Below are positions 8,088 through 15,464 of a stretch of 24,000 bases of DNA, piece by piece. Both the position numbers and the translations under genes were made by a program. The stretch comes from Chitinophagaceae bacterium (GTDB lineage: Bacteria; Bacteroidota; Bacteroidia; UKL13-3). The stretch lies in NCBI GenBank assembly GCA_043750035.1, contig JAYVCI010000116.1:1-24000 (forward strand). Reading direction: 5' to 3'. Numbering within the stretch: the stretch's first letter is position 1; every line of letters starts with the position of its first letter. A model generated the notes under the pieces. It was not told the origin of the DNA. It saw only the letters and a program-made list of their open reading frames with translations, and did not search any database.

Positions 8088-8591
8088 TCAAGTATGCGTT
8101 ATCGAGTATTTGTTTTCTTCTAACAATTTAAAAATATGCTCTAATGTTTTGGCGGGTTCATTTAGATAAAGTGAAATAATTGAACCGTTCGCTTTATCAT
8201 ATATTGTAATAAGTTTACTAAGATGATGCCCTCCTTGCTCATAATACAACATAGAGTAATTTTTTGATTCTACGTATAATATCAAACGTTGACTAGGTCT
8301 ATAGAAATTAAATATTGTGCGTGTGCAACCCCCTCTGAATTTCTTGTTTGGATTGGCTATTCTGAACCTTTCATCCGTATGCTCTTCTATTTTTGCCCTA
8401 AAAGATTTGTTGATATGGTTCCTTTTTAAGTATACTTTGACCGCATTTTTTTCCAAACATAATTTTTGTACGATTATATTTGTTGTAGTATCATAAGCTT
8501 CACACCTATGATTTGTAATCGTAAAAAGAACAAATATAATAATCTGTGCAATGATATTCTTATTAGAATATTTAATATTTATAGATTTCAT
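8088..8591 (-). CDS. Exported or membrane-anchored small protein, candidate immunity for the HExxH tip
   Basis: 167 aa, beginning 11 nt after the upstream toxin stop. It has an N-terminal hydrophobic anchor IIAQIIIFVLFTIT. No family was recognised. Confidence 0.5.
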   Translation of the reverse strand: MKSINIKYSNKNIIAQIIIFVLFTITNHRCEAYDTTTNIIVQKLCLEKNAVKVYLKRNHINKSFRAKIEEHTDERFRIANPNKKFRGGCTRTIFNFYRPSQRLILYVESKNYSMLYYEQGGHHLSKLITIYDKANGSIISLYLNEPAKTLEHIFKLLEENKYSITHT

Positions 8592-8602
8592 TTTGAAACG
8601 TT

Positions 8603-9577
8603 TTAATCTTCTGTACTTTCTAGCGTGTGAAGCCCACTTCCCGGATTGCCTTTTTTGACAGGTTGGCTTTGTTTGTCATCTACCTTTTTTGAAGTAGAAG
8701 TAGAATTCTCCGTTGCTGCATCGGTGCCATAATGATTTGTCCTAATAGGAAGATTTAATCTCAATGCCTGAGGGTTCTCGATTTGCTCAATTACTTCTTT
8801 TTCATGAGCGTTTTCCCATTTTGAGTCTACCCTTTCTTGGTTCAGTTTCCATTTTTTTCTAAATGAATAGAACCAAAATATCTTGAAATGCCCAAGTTCA
8901 TGATATAAGGCTAATGCAGGGGTTTGAATTTTTCCTGTAGGTTTGTCTTCATCATCTGCAACATTTGTACCGTCTCGAGGAGCCCAAGTTATTCTCCTCC
9001 TCCACCTATCAGCATAGTCATTCTTACCATGTTTAACTTGATGGATATTAACGGTTTTTTTGTGAGCAGAAATCTGGTCAACTAATCCTTCAGGATCTGC
9101 TTTTCTATTATATTCAAGAGCCGCAACGGTTTGCTCCACAAAATCATTCTTTATTGTGCATGCGACACCTGGTTGGTATACATATCTTTGTTTTACACCA
9201 TTGGCATCCTTATATACTATAACAATTTTTTCACCTGTAGGATCTATGGCAATTAATGGCATATTAGCAACAAATACGTAAGGAGAAATACCTGCGTATT
9301 CACTTTCTAAAGGATCCAAACTCATCCATCTCCCCAACCTGTTATCATATATCCTCGCCCCAAAATCATAGGCATTTCCATCACCCTCAATTTCATCAAC
9401 TTTCTCCTTCCCGTTGAAACCGTACTTGTATGTGGCACTAAGGCTCGGCTCGCTCCAGCTCCTCCCCGGAATCACACTCCCGAACGGATAACTCATTTTG
9501 TGCTTCCAAATTGGTGTTTTGATGTAAAAAGTACCCAATTGATTTATATGTATATGCTTATAATGCAAGGTGGTCAT
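8603..9577 (-). CDS. Orphan RHS-core cassette with a zinc-metallopeptidase-like (HExxH) C-terminal toxin domain
   Basis: YPFGSVIPGRSWSEPSL..YKYGFNGKEKVDEIEGDGNAYDFGARIYDNRLGRWMSLDP..SPYVFVANMPLIAIDPTGE is an RHS-associated core ending in DPxG. The tip contains LALYHELGHF. The likely true start is the ATG at 9496 (MSYPFGSV). Confidence 0.75.
   Translation of the reverse strand: MTTLHYKHIHINQLGTFYIKTPIWKHKMSYPFGSVIPGRSWSEPSLSATYKYGFNGKEKVDEIEGDGNAYDFGARIYDNRLGRWMSLDPLESEYAGISPYVFVANMPLIAIDPTGEKIVIVYKDANGVKQRYVYQPGVACTIKNDFVEQTVAALEYNRKADPEGLVDQISAHKKTVNIHQVKHGKNDYADRWRRRITWAPRDGTNVADDEDKPTGKIQTPALALYHELGHFKIFWFYSFRKKWKLNQERVDSKWENAHEKEVIEQIENPQALRLNLPIRTNHYGTDAATENSTSTSKKVDDKQSQPVKKGNPGSGLHTLESTED
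9439..9490 (-). repeat. RHS-core box, copy 2, one codon shorter
   Basis: It shares ATCCGTTCGGGAGTGT (16 nt) and GGAGCTGGAGCGAGCCGAGCCTTA (24 nt) with the copy at 11041-11096, in the same orientation. Confidence 0.8.
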
Positions 9578-9586
9578 ATGAAAAGC

Positions 9587-10228
9587 CTATCTAATGAATA
9601 ATTGAACACCTAAAGACAAGTCGAAACTAAATCTATTAGAAATTGTATTATAAAAAATTTGGTCCTTGCTTAAGAAAAAATATGAGCGTTGGGAAATAGT
9701 CAACTTCAACCTTTTATTAAAATAATCTAGAAACCCATACGTTAATCCATAAGAAACAAATATATTATTATTAGATGACACATAATTTGATAAATATTCA
9801 TATTTATTGTAAAGTGAATCTAACGGTTTTGTATTAGTTTTATTTAGTATTTGAAGATGATAGTTTGAAATGCCAAGTCCAAAGTCATTTCTGTAATATT
9901 TCCCCTTTTTGTTTTTTTCAACCCCATAAATAATAGAAGATTTATTGCATGAATACATAACAGAATACATGCCTTTTTTTAAGTTGTAATCATCTTGAGA
10001 ATATGAGATACCTATTACTATACCAGGTTTAAAAGTAATAAAAAATGATGCTCCGACATTATCCATAAATAATGGTAATTTAAGATCGAGTATTTGGTTT
10101 TTGGTTATTTTGAGATTACTACCATAGTTTACAATTACCAATAATTTATTCGTGTCGGGAGGGTTCCCTTTAGCTATGCATAAACAGAAAATTAATGCCA
10201 GTAAAGATGTAAAAAACAATTTTGTCAT
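9587..10228 (-). CDS. Signal-peptide protein with features of a small outer-membrane beta-barrel, candidate partner or immunity of the rhs tip
   Basis: Its ATG lies 1 nt after the rhs stop. It has the signal peptide MTKLFFTSLLALIFCLCIAKG. The C-terminal strand RFSFDLSLGVQLFIR alternates hydrophobic residues as an OMP terminal strand does. Confidence 0.5.
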   Translation of the reverse strand: MTKLFFTSLLALIFCLCIAKGNPPDTNKLLVIVNYGSNLKITKNQILDLKLPLFMDNVGASFFITFKPGIVIGISYSQDDYNLKKGMYSVMYSCNKSSIIYGVEKNKKGKYYRNDFGLGISNYHLQILNKTNTKPLDSLYNKYEYLSNYVSSNNNIFVSYGLTYGFLDYFNKRLKLTISQRSYFFLSKDQIFYNTISNRFSFDLSLGVQLFIR

Positions 10229-10229
10229 T

Positions 10230-12233
10230 TTATAGTTGTTTGATTATTTTTTTAGCACTTTTATAAAATTTGAAAACATTTTTAATTGCTTTTTCATTTT
10301 TTGATTTCGCTCCTTCATAGGATACTTTATTTTTAGCTAGTTTTCCGTTTTTCTCATCTATTTTTTTTTGCGTATCCTCAATTTCTTTACTATTGTGTTC
10401 TGAGCCATCTTCTTTCTTCAAAGACTCAAGTTTAGTTTCTATTTGGTTTTTTTCGCGTTCTACCTCTTCATATTTAGATATTATTACTTCATTTGCCTTA
10501 AATTTTTCAGAGTTAACAATGGTTTCCATTTTTACCACATATATTTTGTTTAAAGCCATGCCTTCAAGATAACCTAATCCTACAGCTCCAGCTGCAGCAA
10601 ATTGGAATTTTTTGAAAAACCCTAGAATTGCAGTGCCTGCGACAAATGAAGGTGCTCGAAAATCAAATGGTCCAGAACCTTTAACTAATCTATAATTAAG
10701 AATGTCTTTATATTTTTCATCCATATTAGTGGCTTTGATAGCATTATTAACAACACCGTCTGCAGTTGCGGTTTTAATTGTTAGAGATGTAAAAAAACCA
10801 AGACCGAGATTAAAATTACTTTTGACACCTTCCAGCCCATCAATATCTATACATAAAACAGGTGAATTACTTGCAAATTGATATGGGGATAGCATAGGAA
10901 AGGATTTTGTAACTGGATCAATGCTTAAGAACCTACCTAACCTATCGTCGTATATTCTCGCCCCAAAATCATAAGCGTTCCCTTCACCATGTATTTCGTC
11001 AACTTTATCCTTCCCGTTGAACCCGAACTTGTACTTGGCTGTAAGGCTCGGCTCGCTCCAGCTCCGCCCCGGCAATACACTCCCGAACGGATGATAATCT
11101 GTGGCTTGAACAAGAATAGCCTTATAGTTATTAAAATAGGTAATATGGTTGGTATCTCCCCCTGATATTATTTCAATACTAGTACATTGTGTTTTCCACT
11201 GGTCGGAGATTACCGCGAGCACGTTGCCGAGGTGGTTAGACAATTCGTACCTTTTGGTACTACGAACCAAAGTCTTATAATTATAATTCACATCATATAA
11301 AGTATCAGTAATGCTATCCCTGTTAGTATAAGAACCTGTCAAGCGACTATATACCCCTGCGAATGTCTGTTTTCGTATCATCTGGTCTGCCTGGATAGAA
11401 CCAAGCCTTGAACTTCCATACAAATATAGTTCCTCAAGCTTAAAGTTCTCTACAAAACTTTGAGTATCGCTTGTATAATAGTCTATTAAACTATCATAGT
11501 AGCCTTGTCCAAAATAATCCTTCACATACAAAAGATATTGTTCCTTGGTATAATAGTTTTTTTCATCCTGGGTGTACCCTGCATACAATGGGAAATATTT
11601 CAGTGCCACCCAGTAATTGTCGGGTCCTCCGTTCACAGTGTCCATCCAGTTTGTCCAGTAGTGGAAGTAACTGCTGCCAGGATACAGTGCCCAGGTCTGC
11701 TGGCAGAGCATAAACTTATCATATGCCACAAGGGCATTATACCTTAATGTGTCAGCATACATTGTATTAAGCACATCACCCAGCATTGACAAACCTGTAG
11801 TAGCAGCATCGAAATCTGTATTGCTTAAGGTATTCATTATCGGGGCTAGCCCAGAACAGCCCAGATGCGTGTTACTCCAGACGCTTATCGGAACATCGTA
11901 GAAAGAAGACGCCAGATCGGTCACACATGTCGGGTAGGCAGGTGTTGGGCCCGGTGGATTTACACTTATGTACATCAGGTCGTAGTCTGTGAAAGAATGA
12001 TTAAACAACGCTGTCAGCCATTCTGTTTTTATGTTGGTTATAATAGATGTATGATAGTTTGCAGAATTATAATTGCAGAGATCGGTGGCAAAGACCAATT
12101 TTGTTTGGTACTCTCTGAATATAGTAGCCAGATCAGTAGTGGGATAGCTGGTCAGTACTGTTCCAAGTTGGTTCATATTAAACAGATACTGTTTTATATA
12201 AGCAGTGTCTAACAGGCTGGCCGCTATACCCAC
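10230..12233 (-). CDS. 5'-truncated RHS-family polymorphic toxin fragment: C-terminal shell, RHS-associated core and tip
   Basis: LYLYGSSRLG, RYELSNHLGNVLAVISD and DYHPFGSVLPGRSWSEPSL..FGARIYDDRLGRFLSIDP..SPYQFASNSPVLCIDIDGLEG identify it. The tip has a Gly/Ala-rich hydrophobic stretch followed by a Lys/Glu-rich coiled-coil-like tail. The frame opens only 3 codons above the GTG, inside repeat B. Confidence 0.75.
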   Translation of the reverse strand: MGIAASLLDTAYIKQYLFNMNQLGTVLTSYPTTDLATIFREYQTKLVFATDLCNYNSANYHTSIITNIKTEWLTALFNHSFTDYDLMYISVNPPGPTPAYPTCVTDLASSFYDVPISVWSNTHLGCSGLAPIMNTLSNTDFDAATTGLSMLGDVLNTMYADTLRYNALVAYDKFMLCQQTWALYPGSSYFHYWTNWMDTVNGGPDNYWVALKYFPLYAGYTQDEKNYYTKEQYLLYVKDYFGQGYYDSLIDYYTSDTQSFVENFKLEELYLYGSSRLGSIQADQMIRKQTFAGVYSRLTGSYTNRDSITDTLYDVNYNYKTLVRSTKRYELSNHLGNVLAVISDQWKTQCTSIEIISGGDTNHITYFNNYKAILVQATDYHPFGSVLPGRSWSEPSLTAKYKFGFNGKDKVDEIHGEGNAYDFGARIYDDRLGRFLSIDPVTKSFPMLSPYQFASNSPVLCIDIDGLEGVKSNFNLGLGFFTSLTIKTATADGVVNNAIKATNMDEKYKDILNYRLVKGSGPFDFRAPSFVAGTAILGFFKKFQFAAAGAVGLGYLEGMALNKIYVVKMETIVNSEKFKANEVIISKYEEVEREKNQIETKLESLKKEDGSEHNSKEIEDTQKKIDEKNGKLAKNKVSYEGAKSKNEKAIKNVFKFYKSAKKIIKQL
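11041..11096 (-). repeat. RHS-core box, copy 3, in the large rhs ORF
   Basis: See 5720-5775 and 9439-9490. All copies are in the same codon phase (YHPFGSV..WSEPSL). Confidence 0.85.
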
Positions 12234-12353
12234 GACGATTTATAATCATAGCTGTGAACAAGGTTTTGCGATTTGTAATCGCAGTGCACTCTTTAAATAG
12301 TATTATATACATTGATTGCAAATCACGATTCCATTAGCACGCCGATTACAAAT
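12225..12353. repeat. Right copy (B) of the island-bracketing direct repeat, overlapping the lpdA stop
   Basis: It aligns with 4634-4777. It ends in CACGCCGA-TTACAAA-TGTATACA, in which the lpdA stop (12346-12348) and last codon lie within the 7-bp spacer. Confidence 0.9.
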
Positions 12354-13734
12354 GTATACACTCCCCATACGCATCGGCAGTGGCTTCCATTATGGCCTCG
12401 CTCATGGTAGGGTGTGGGTGTATTGATTTCAAAATTTCATGGCCTGTGGTTTCCAAGCGGCGGGCAACAACGGCTTCGGCAATCATTTCGGTAACATTTG
12501 CACCTACCATGTGGCAGCCGAGCCATTCGCCATATTTGGCGTCATATATTACTTTTACCATTCCATCTTTTACACCCGATGCACTGGCTTTGCCGCTGGC
12601 ACTAAAGGGGAATCGCCCTACTTTAATATCATAACCCAGTTCGCGGGCTTTCTTTTCGGTCAACCCTACACTTGCTACCTCGGGCCAGCAATACGTACAG
12701 CCGGGTATATTATCGTAATTGAGTGGTTCGGGATTGTGGCCCGCAATTTTTTCTACACATATAATTCCTTCGGCACTTGCCACGTGGGCAAGGGCTGGAC
12801 CTTTCACAATATCGCCAATAGCATATATACCTTCTACATTTGTTTTATAAAAATCATCAACCAATACTTTCCCTTTTTCTGTGGCGATTTTCATTTCTTC
12901 TATACCAATATTTTCAAGGTTTGTTTGTATGCCTACTGCCGATAAAACAATATCACACTCAATAATTTCTTCTCCTGTTTTGGTTTTAATTTTCACTTTA
13001 CAACCATCGCCTTTGGTATCTACTGACAGTACTTCAGATTCGGTCATTATACTAATCCCCGATTTTTTGTAGGTCCTTGCCAGGGCTTTTGATATTTCTT
13101 CATCTTCAAGCGGTAATATATTGGGAAGAAATTCTACGATGGTAACTTTGGTTCCTATACTATTATAGAAGTACGCAAACTCAGCACCTATTGCTCCAGA
13201 GCCAACTACTACCATACTTTTGGGTTGGGTTGGAAGCACCATCGCATCTGCATAGCCTACTATTTTTTTGCCGTCCATTTTTATGTTGGGCAATTCACGA
13301 CTGCGGGCACCAGTGGCGAGTATAATACTTTTAGCTTCGTGAATGGTTTTCTTTCCGTCAGCTCCGGTTACTTCCAGTTTGCCTTTTCCAACAATCTTTC
13401 CAATACCTACAATTACTTCAATTTTGTTTTTCTTCATCAAAAAAGAAATGCCTTTGCTCATGCCATTGGCTACATCGCGGCTGCGTTTTACGATATTTGC
13501 AAATTCGGGTTTGTGTTCACCAACCGTAATTCCATAATCTGCTGCATGTTTAATATATTCAAATACTTGGGCCGATTTCAGCAAAGCTTTGGTGGGGATA
13601 CAGCCCCAATTGAGGCATACACCTCCCAATTCAGATTTTTCTACAATGGCCACCTTCAAACCCAATTGACTAGCCCTAATTGCTGCTACATAACCGCCTG
13701 GGCCACTGCCTACTACTATAATATCAAAACTCAT
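12346..13734 (-). CDS. lpdA: Dihydrolipoyl dehydrogenase (E3 component)
   Basis: IVVGSGPGGYVAAIRA (FAD-binding GxGxxG), the redox-active disulfide motif GGVCLNWGCIPTK and the C-terminal HPHPTMSE motif. 462 aa. Confidence 0.95.
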   Translation of the reverse strand: MSFDIIVVGSGPGGYVAAIRASQLGLKVAIVEKSELGGVCLNWGCIPTKALLKSAQVFEYIKHAADYGITVGEHKPEFANIVKRSRDVANGMSKGISFLMKKNKIEVIVGIGKIVGKGKLEVTGADGKKTIHEAKSIILATGARSRELPNIKMDGKKIVGYADAMVLPTQPKSMVVVGSGAIGAEFAYFYNSIGTKVTIVEFLPNILPLEDEEISKALARTYKKSGISIMTESEVLSVDTKGDGCKVKIKTKTGEEIIECDIVLSAVGIQTNLENIGIEEMKIATEKGKVLVDDFYKTNVEGIYAIGDIVKGPALAHVASAEGIICVEKIAGHNPEPLNYDNIPGCTYCWPEVASVGLTEKKARELGYDIKVGRFPFSASGKASASGVKDGMVKVIYDAKYGEWLGCHMVGANVTEMIAEAVVARRLETTGHEILKSIHPHPTMSEAIMEATADAYGECIHL

Positions 13735-13771
13735 AATGCTTGTTTATTTTAAATTAATTCGGGCTGCAAAT

Positions 13772-14066
13772 TAAACCCAAATCACGCAGAAGAAAATAAA
13801 ATACATCCCTGCCTATGAAAAAATTTTCTGATGCGTAGATTTGAGCATCCCGATAGCAATTCAAATAAAAGCAAATTTCACTAGACCTATTTCATAATAC
13901 AAAAATCTTCTATAAAGAAACAGAAACTAATAAAACTGTAGTCCAAATGAGATTGCCACGTCACACAAACACACAGCCAACGCGTCGTTCCTCGCAATGA
14001 CGATGTGAATTATGAAAAAGGTCTACTTGCGTTTTTCGGGATAAACCCAAATCACGCAGAAGAAAA
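13772..14066. repeat. MITE-like intergenic insert flanked by a perfect 25-bp direct repeat
   Basis: TAAACCCAAATCACGCAGAAGAAAA occurs at 13772-13796 and 14042-14066. Internal 17-bp inverted repeats lie at 13882-13898 and 14009-14025 (16/17 match). The insert contains a GATTGCCACGTC...CGTTCCTCGCAATGACG motif. Confidence 0.6.
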
Positions 14067-14068
14067 AA

Positions 14069-14719
14069 TCATTTCACCGCATCCTTGCTTTTCTTTTTTT
14101 CTTTCAGATAAGCCCTGGTTAAGGTTCCCATTGCCACCACTATCATGCCCAAGGTAATTAGCCCAATATGATCGCCAACCCAGGGGAATTTTTTCGCCAG
14201 CCAGTAACCACTGCCTACCATGGTGATGGTCCACATTAAACTCCCGGTTATATTATACAGTAAAAATTTGCGGGCATCTATTCTGGCCACACCCGCAATG
14301 ATGGGTGCAAAAGTGCGTATGATGGGTAGAAAACGACCCAGTATCAAGGCCATTCCCCCGTATTTATCATAAAAGGTTTTTGATAAGGCTATATAGCTTT
14401 TCTTAAATATGAGCGAATTTTCGCGTACAAAAAGTTTCTCACCAACACGTTTCCCGAAAGCATATCCCACGGTGTTCCCCAATATGGCAGCTACGTTAAT
14501 GGAAAATAAAACAGTCCAAAAACCATACTCAAATTTGCCATCGGCACACAGCAATCCAGCGGCAAAAAGCAGGGCATCACCCGGTAAAAAGAAACCAATG
14601 AGCAAGCCCGTCTCGGCAAATACTATCACAAGAAGCAACCAAAAACCGCCATAGGTAATCAACTCCTGAGGGTCGAATACATTGGGTACTTCTTGGGCTA
14701 TCGTTTGTAATAATTGCAT
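14069..14719 (-). CDS. DedA/SNARE-associated family inner-membrane protein
   Basis: 216-aa polytopic protein with the DedA signature GFFLPGDALLFAAGLL and a ..GRFLPIIRTFAPIIAG.. segment. Confidence 0.85.
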   Translation of the reverse strand: MQLLQTIAQEVPNVFDPQELITYGGFWLLLVIVFAETGLLIGFFLPGDALLFAAGLLCADGKFEYGFWTVLFSINVAAILGNTVGYAFGKRVGEKLFVRENSLIFKKSYIALSKTFYDKYGGMALILGRFLPIIRTFAPIIAGVARIDARKFLLYNITGSLMWTITMVGSGYWLAKKFPWVGDHIGLITLGMIVVAMGTLTRAYLKEKKKSKDAVK

Positions 14720-14794
14720 ACCGAATTTTGTAGGTACAATTTTAGGCGAAGGCTTTCAATAAACCGAGTGAAATATTTGAAACGTTGATAATGA

Positions 14795-14975
14795 ATTACG
14801 AATTTTTTGTATCAGTAGCTAGTATCAGGTATCAAGTATTTGTCGCTGCTTCCGGGCTTTTCACTTTTTAAATATAATTTATTTTTATACGCCCCCAACT
14901 TGCCGGTAGCGAATACCTGATACTAGCGACTTGATACTTGATACCTTTCCGTAATTCGTAATTGAAAATTCGTAA
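14795..14975. repeat. Large imperfect palindromic intergenic element (REP/MITE-like)
   Basis: AATTACGAATTTT (14795-14807) pairs with AAAATTCGTAATT (14963-14975). GCTAGTATCAGGTAT (14818-14832) pairs with ATACCTGATACTAGC (14913-14927). The element also contains TTGATAC and ATTCGTAATT tandem repeats. Confidence 0.6.
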
Positions 14976-14980
14976 TTCTT

Positions 14981-15433
14981 CTACTCCCTGCTCTTGCTAT
15001 CTATTATAATAGTAACGGGTCCATCATTAATTATCCTTACCTGCATATCAGCACCAAACCGCCCTGTGGATATGGGTTTTCCCAAATCGCCTGTAAGCAG
15101 TTCTATAAACTTTTCATATAAAGGTACAGCCATTTCTGGTCGGGCAGCTTCTATAAAACTGGGCCTGTTGCCTTTTTTGGTAGACGCATACAGGGTAAAC
15201 TGGCTCACCAATAAAATATCGCCTTCTATATCTTTTACACTTAAATTCATCAGCCCTGCCTCATCTGAAAAAATACGCAAATTACAGAGTTTGGTCACTA
15301 GCCACTGGGTATCTTCTATACTATCTTCTGAGCAAATACCCATTAGCACCATCAGCCCTTTGCCAATTTTGCCCACCGTATTTCCCTCAATAGAAACTTG
15401 TGCTTCTGAAACTCTTTGTATTACTAAACGCAA
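14981..15433 (-). CDS. dtd: D-aminoacyl-tRNA deacylase
   Basis: 150 aa: MRLVIQRV..., VSQFTLYASTKKGNRPSF and the NDGPVTIIIDS motif. Confidence 0.92.
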   Translation of the reverse strand: MRLVIQRVSEAQVSIEGNTVGKIGKGLMVLMGICSEDSIEDTQWLVTKLCNLRIFSDEAGLMNLSVKDIEGDILLVSQFTLYASTKKGNRPSFIEAARPEMAVPLYEKFIELLTGDLGKPISTGRFGADMQVRIINDGPVTIIIDSKSRE

Positions 15434-15464
15434 TTTATCGTACTTGTTTTTTTAATATATAATA

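Larger units (their letters stand above)
4634..12353. mobile_element. Putative integrative element or recombinase-associated RHS toxin-cassette island at the lpdA 3' end
   Basis: Direct repeats sit at both ends and a tyrosine recombinase gene abuts the left repeat. The cargo is toxin and partner cassettes. By eye (not computed), the interior is more AT-rich than the flanking housekeeping genes. Confidence 0.6.

Noticed and set aside
11471-12212. Plus-strand ORFs (80, 80 and 115 aa) antisense to the rhs ORF
   Set aside because: These are shadow ORFs within the rhs coding region with implausible Cys/His-rich translations.
12380-13752. Several plus-strand ORFs (84, 168, 63, 175 and 64 aa) inside the lpdA region
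   Set aside because: They lie antisense to a full-length lpdA with strong motifs. Their translations are low-complexity and Phe/Tyr/Cys-rich with no recognisable motifs, so they are shadow ORFs.
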